A stretch of DNA of 63,637 nt, the filler included, from Octopus bimaculoides (Eukaryota): NCBI RefSeq assembly GCF_001194135.2. It is 7 parts of 6 records of this genome, joined end to end, with 100 filler letters (N's around TTAATTAATTAA, not from the genome) between each part and the next. Parts side by side here need not be neighbours in the genome. Positions count along the whole stretch, not along the records: positions 62,268 to 63,637 come from NC_068989.1; 6 more parts are not named here. One strand, written 5' to 3'. The stretch's first letter is position 1. Every line of letters begins with the position of its first letter. A program made the position numbers and the translations under genes. The notes under the pieces are model-generated. The model did no database searches and had not been told where the DNA came from. It saw only the letters and a program-made list of their open reading frames with translations. Shown one piece after another: positions 63,583 through 63,637 of the stretch.

Positions 63583-63637
<55 letters not shown>

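Overview
Eukaryotic, AT-rich, microsatellite-dense draft genomic DNA. The SINE families, repeat content and gap style point to an octopus or other coleoid cephalopod; this is inference from sequence character, not a database hit. The only host gene I can support is the 3' part of a + strand inhibitor-of-apoptosis (IAP/BIRC-family) gene. Its five splice-phase-compatible exons (14414-22524) encode the C-terminal half of a BIR domain, a linker, a UBA domain, an acidic linker and a C-terminal RING finger. The exon(s) for the first half of the BIR were not found. The rest is a layered transposon landscape: RTE-clade LINE relics, several restriction-like-endonuclease (R4/Dong-like) LINE relics next to trinucleotide microsatellites, a Penelope GIY-YIG relic, mariner and hAT transposase relics, hAT/piggyBac/TA-type MITEs, long fold-back elements, and tRNA-derived SINEs with exchangeable heads and tails. 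There are no true tRNA or rRNA genes and no CRISPR array. The strongest leads are a minimal hammerhead-ribozyme motif of the Penelope type (35525-35559, minus) with a second degenerate motif 257 nt away, stacked RLE-LINE ends on (AAT)n/(CAT)n repeats, a chimeric poly-T-tailed SINE that moved as a unit, and a mariner 5'-5' fold-back. None is shown here to be a new biological system. All translations and alignments were done by eye.
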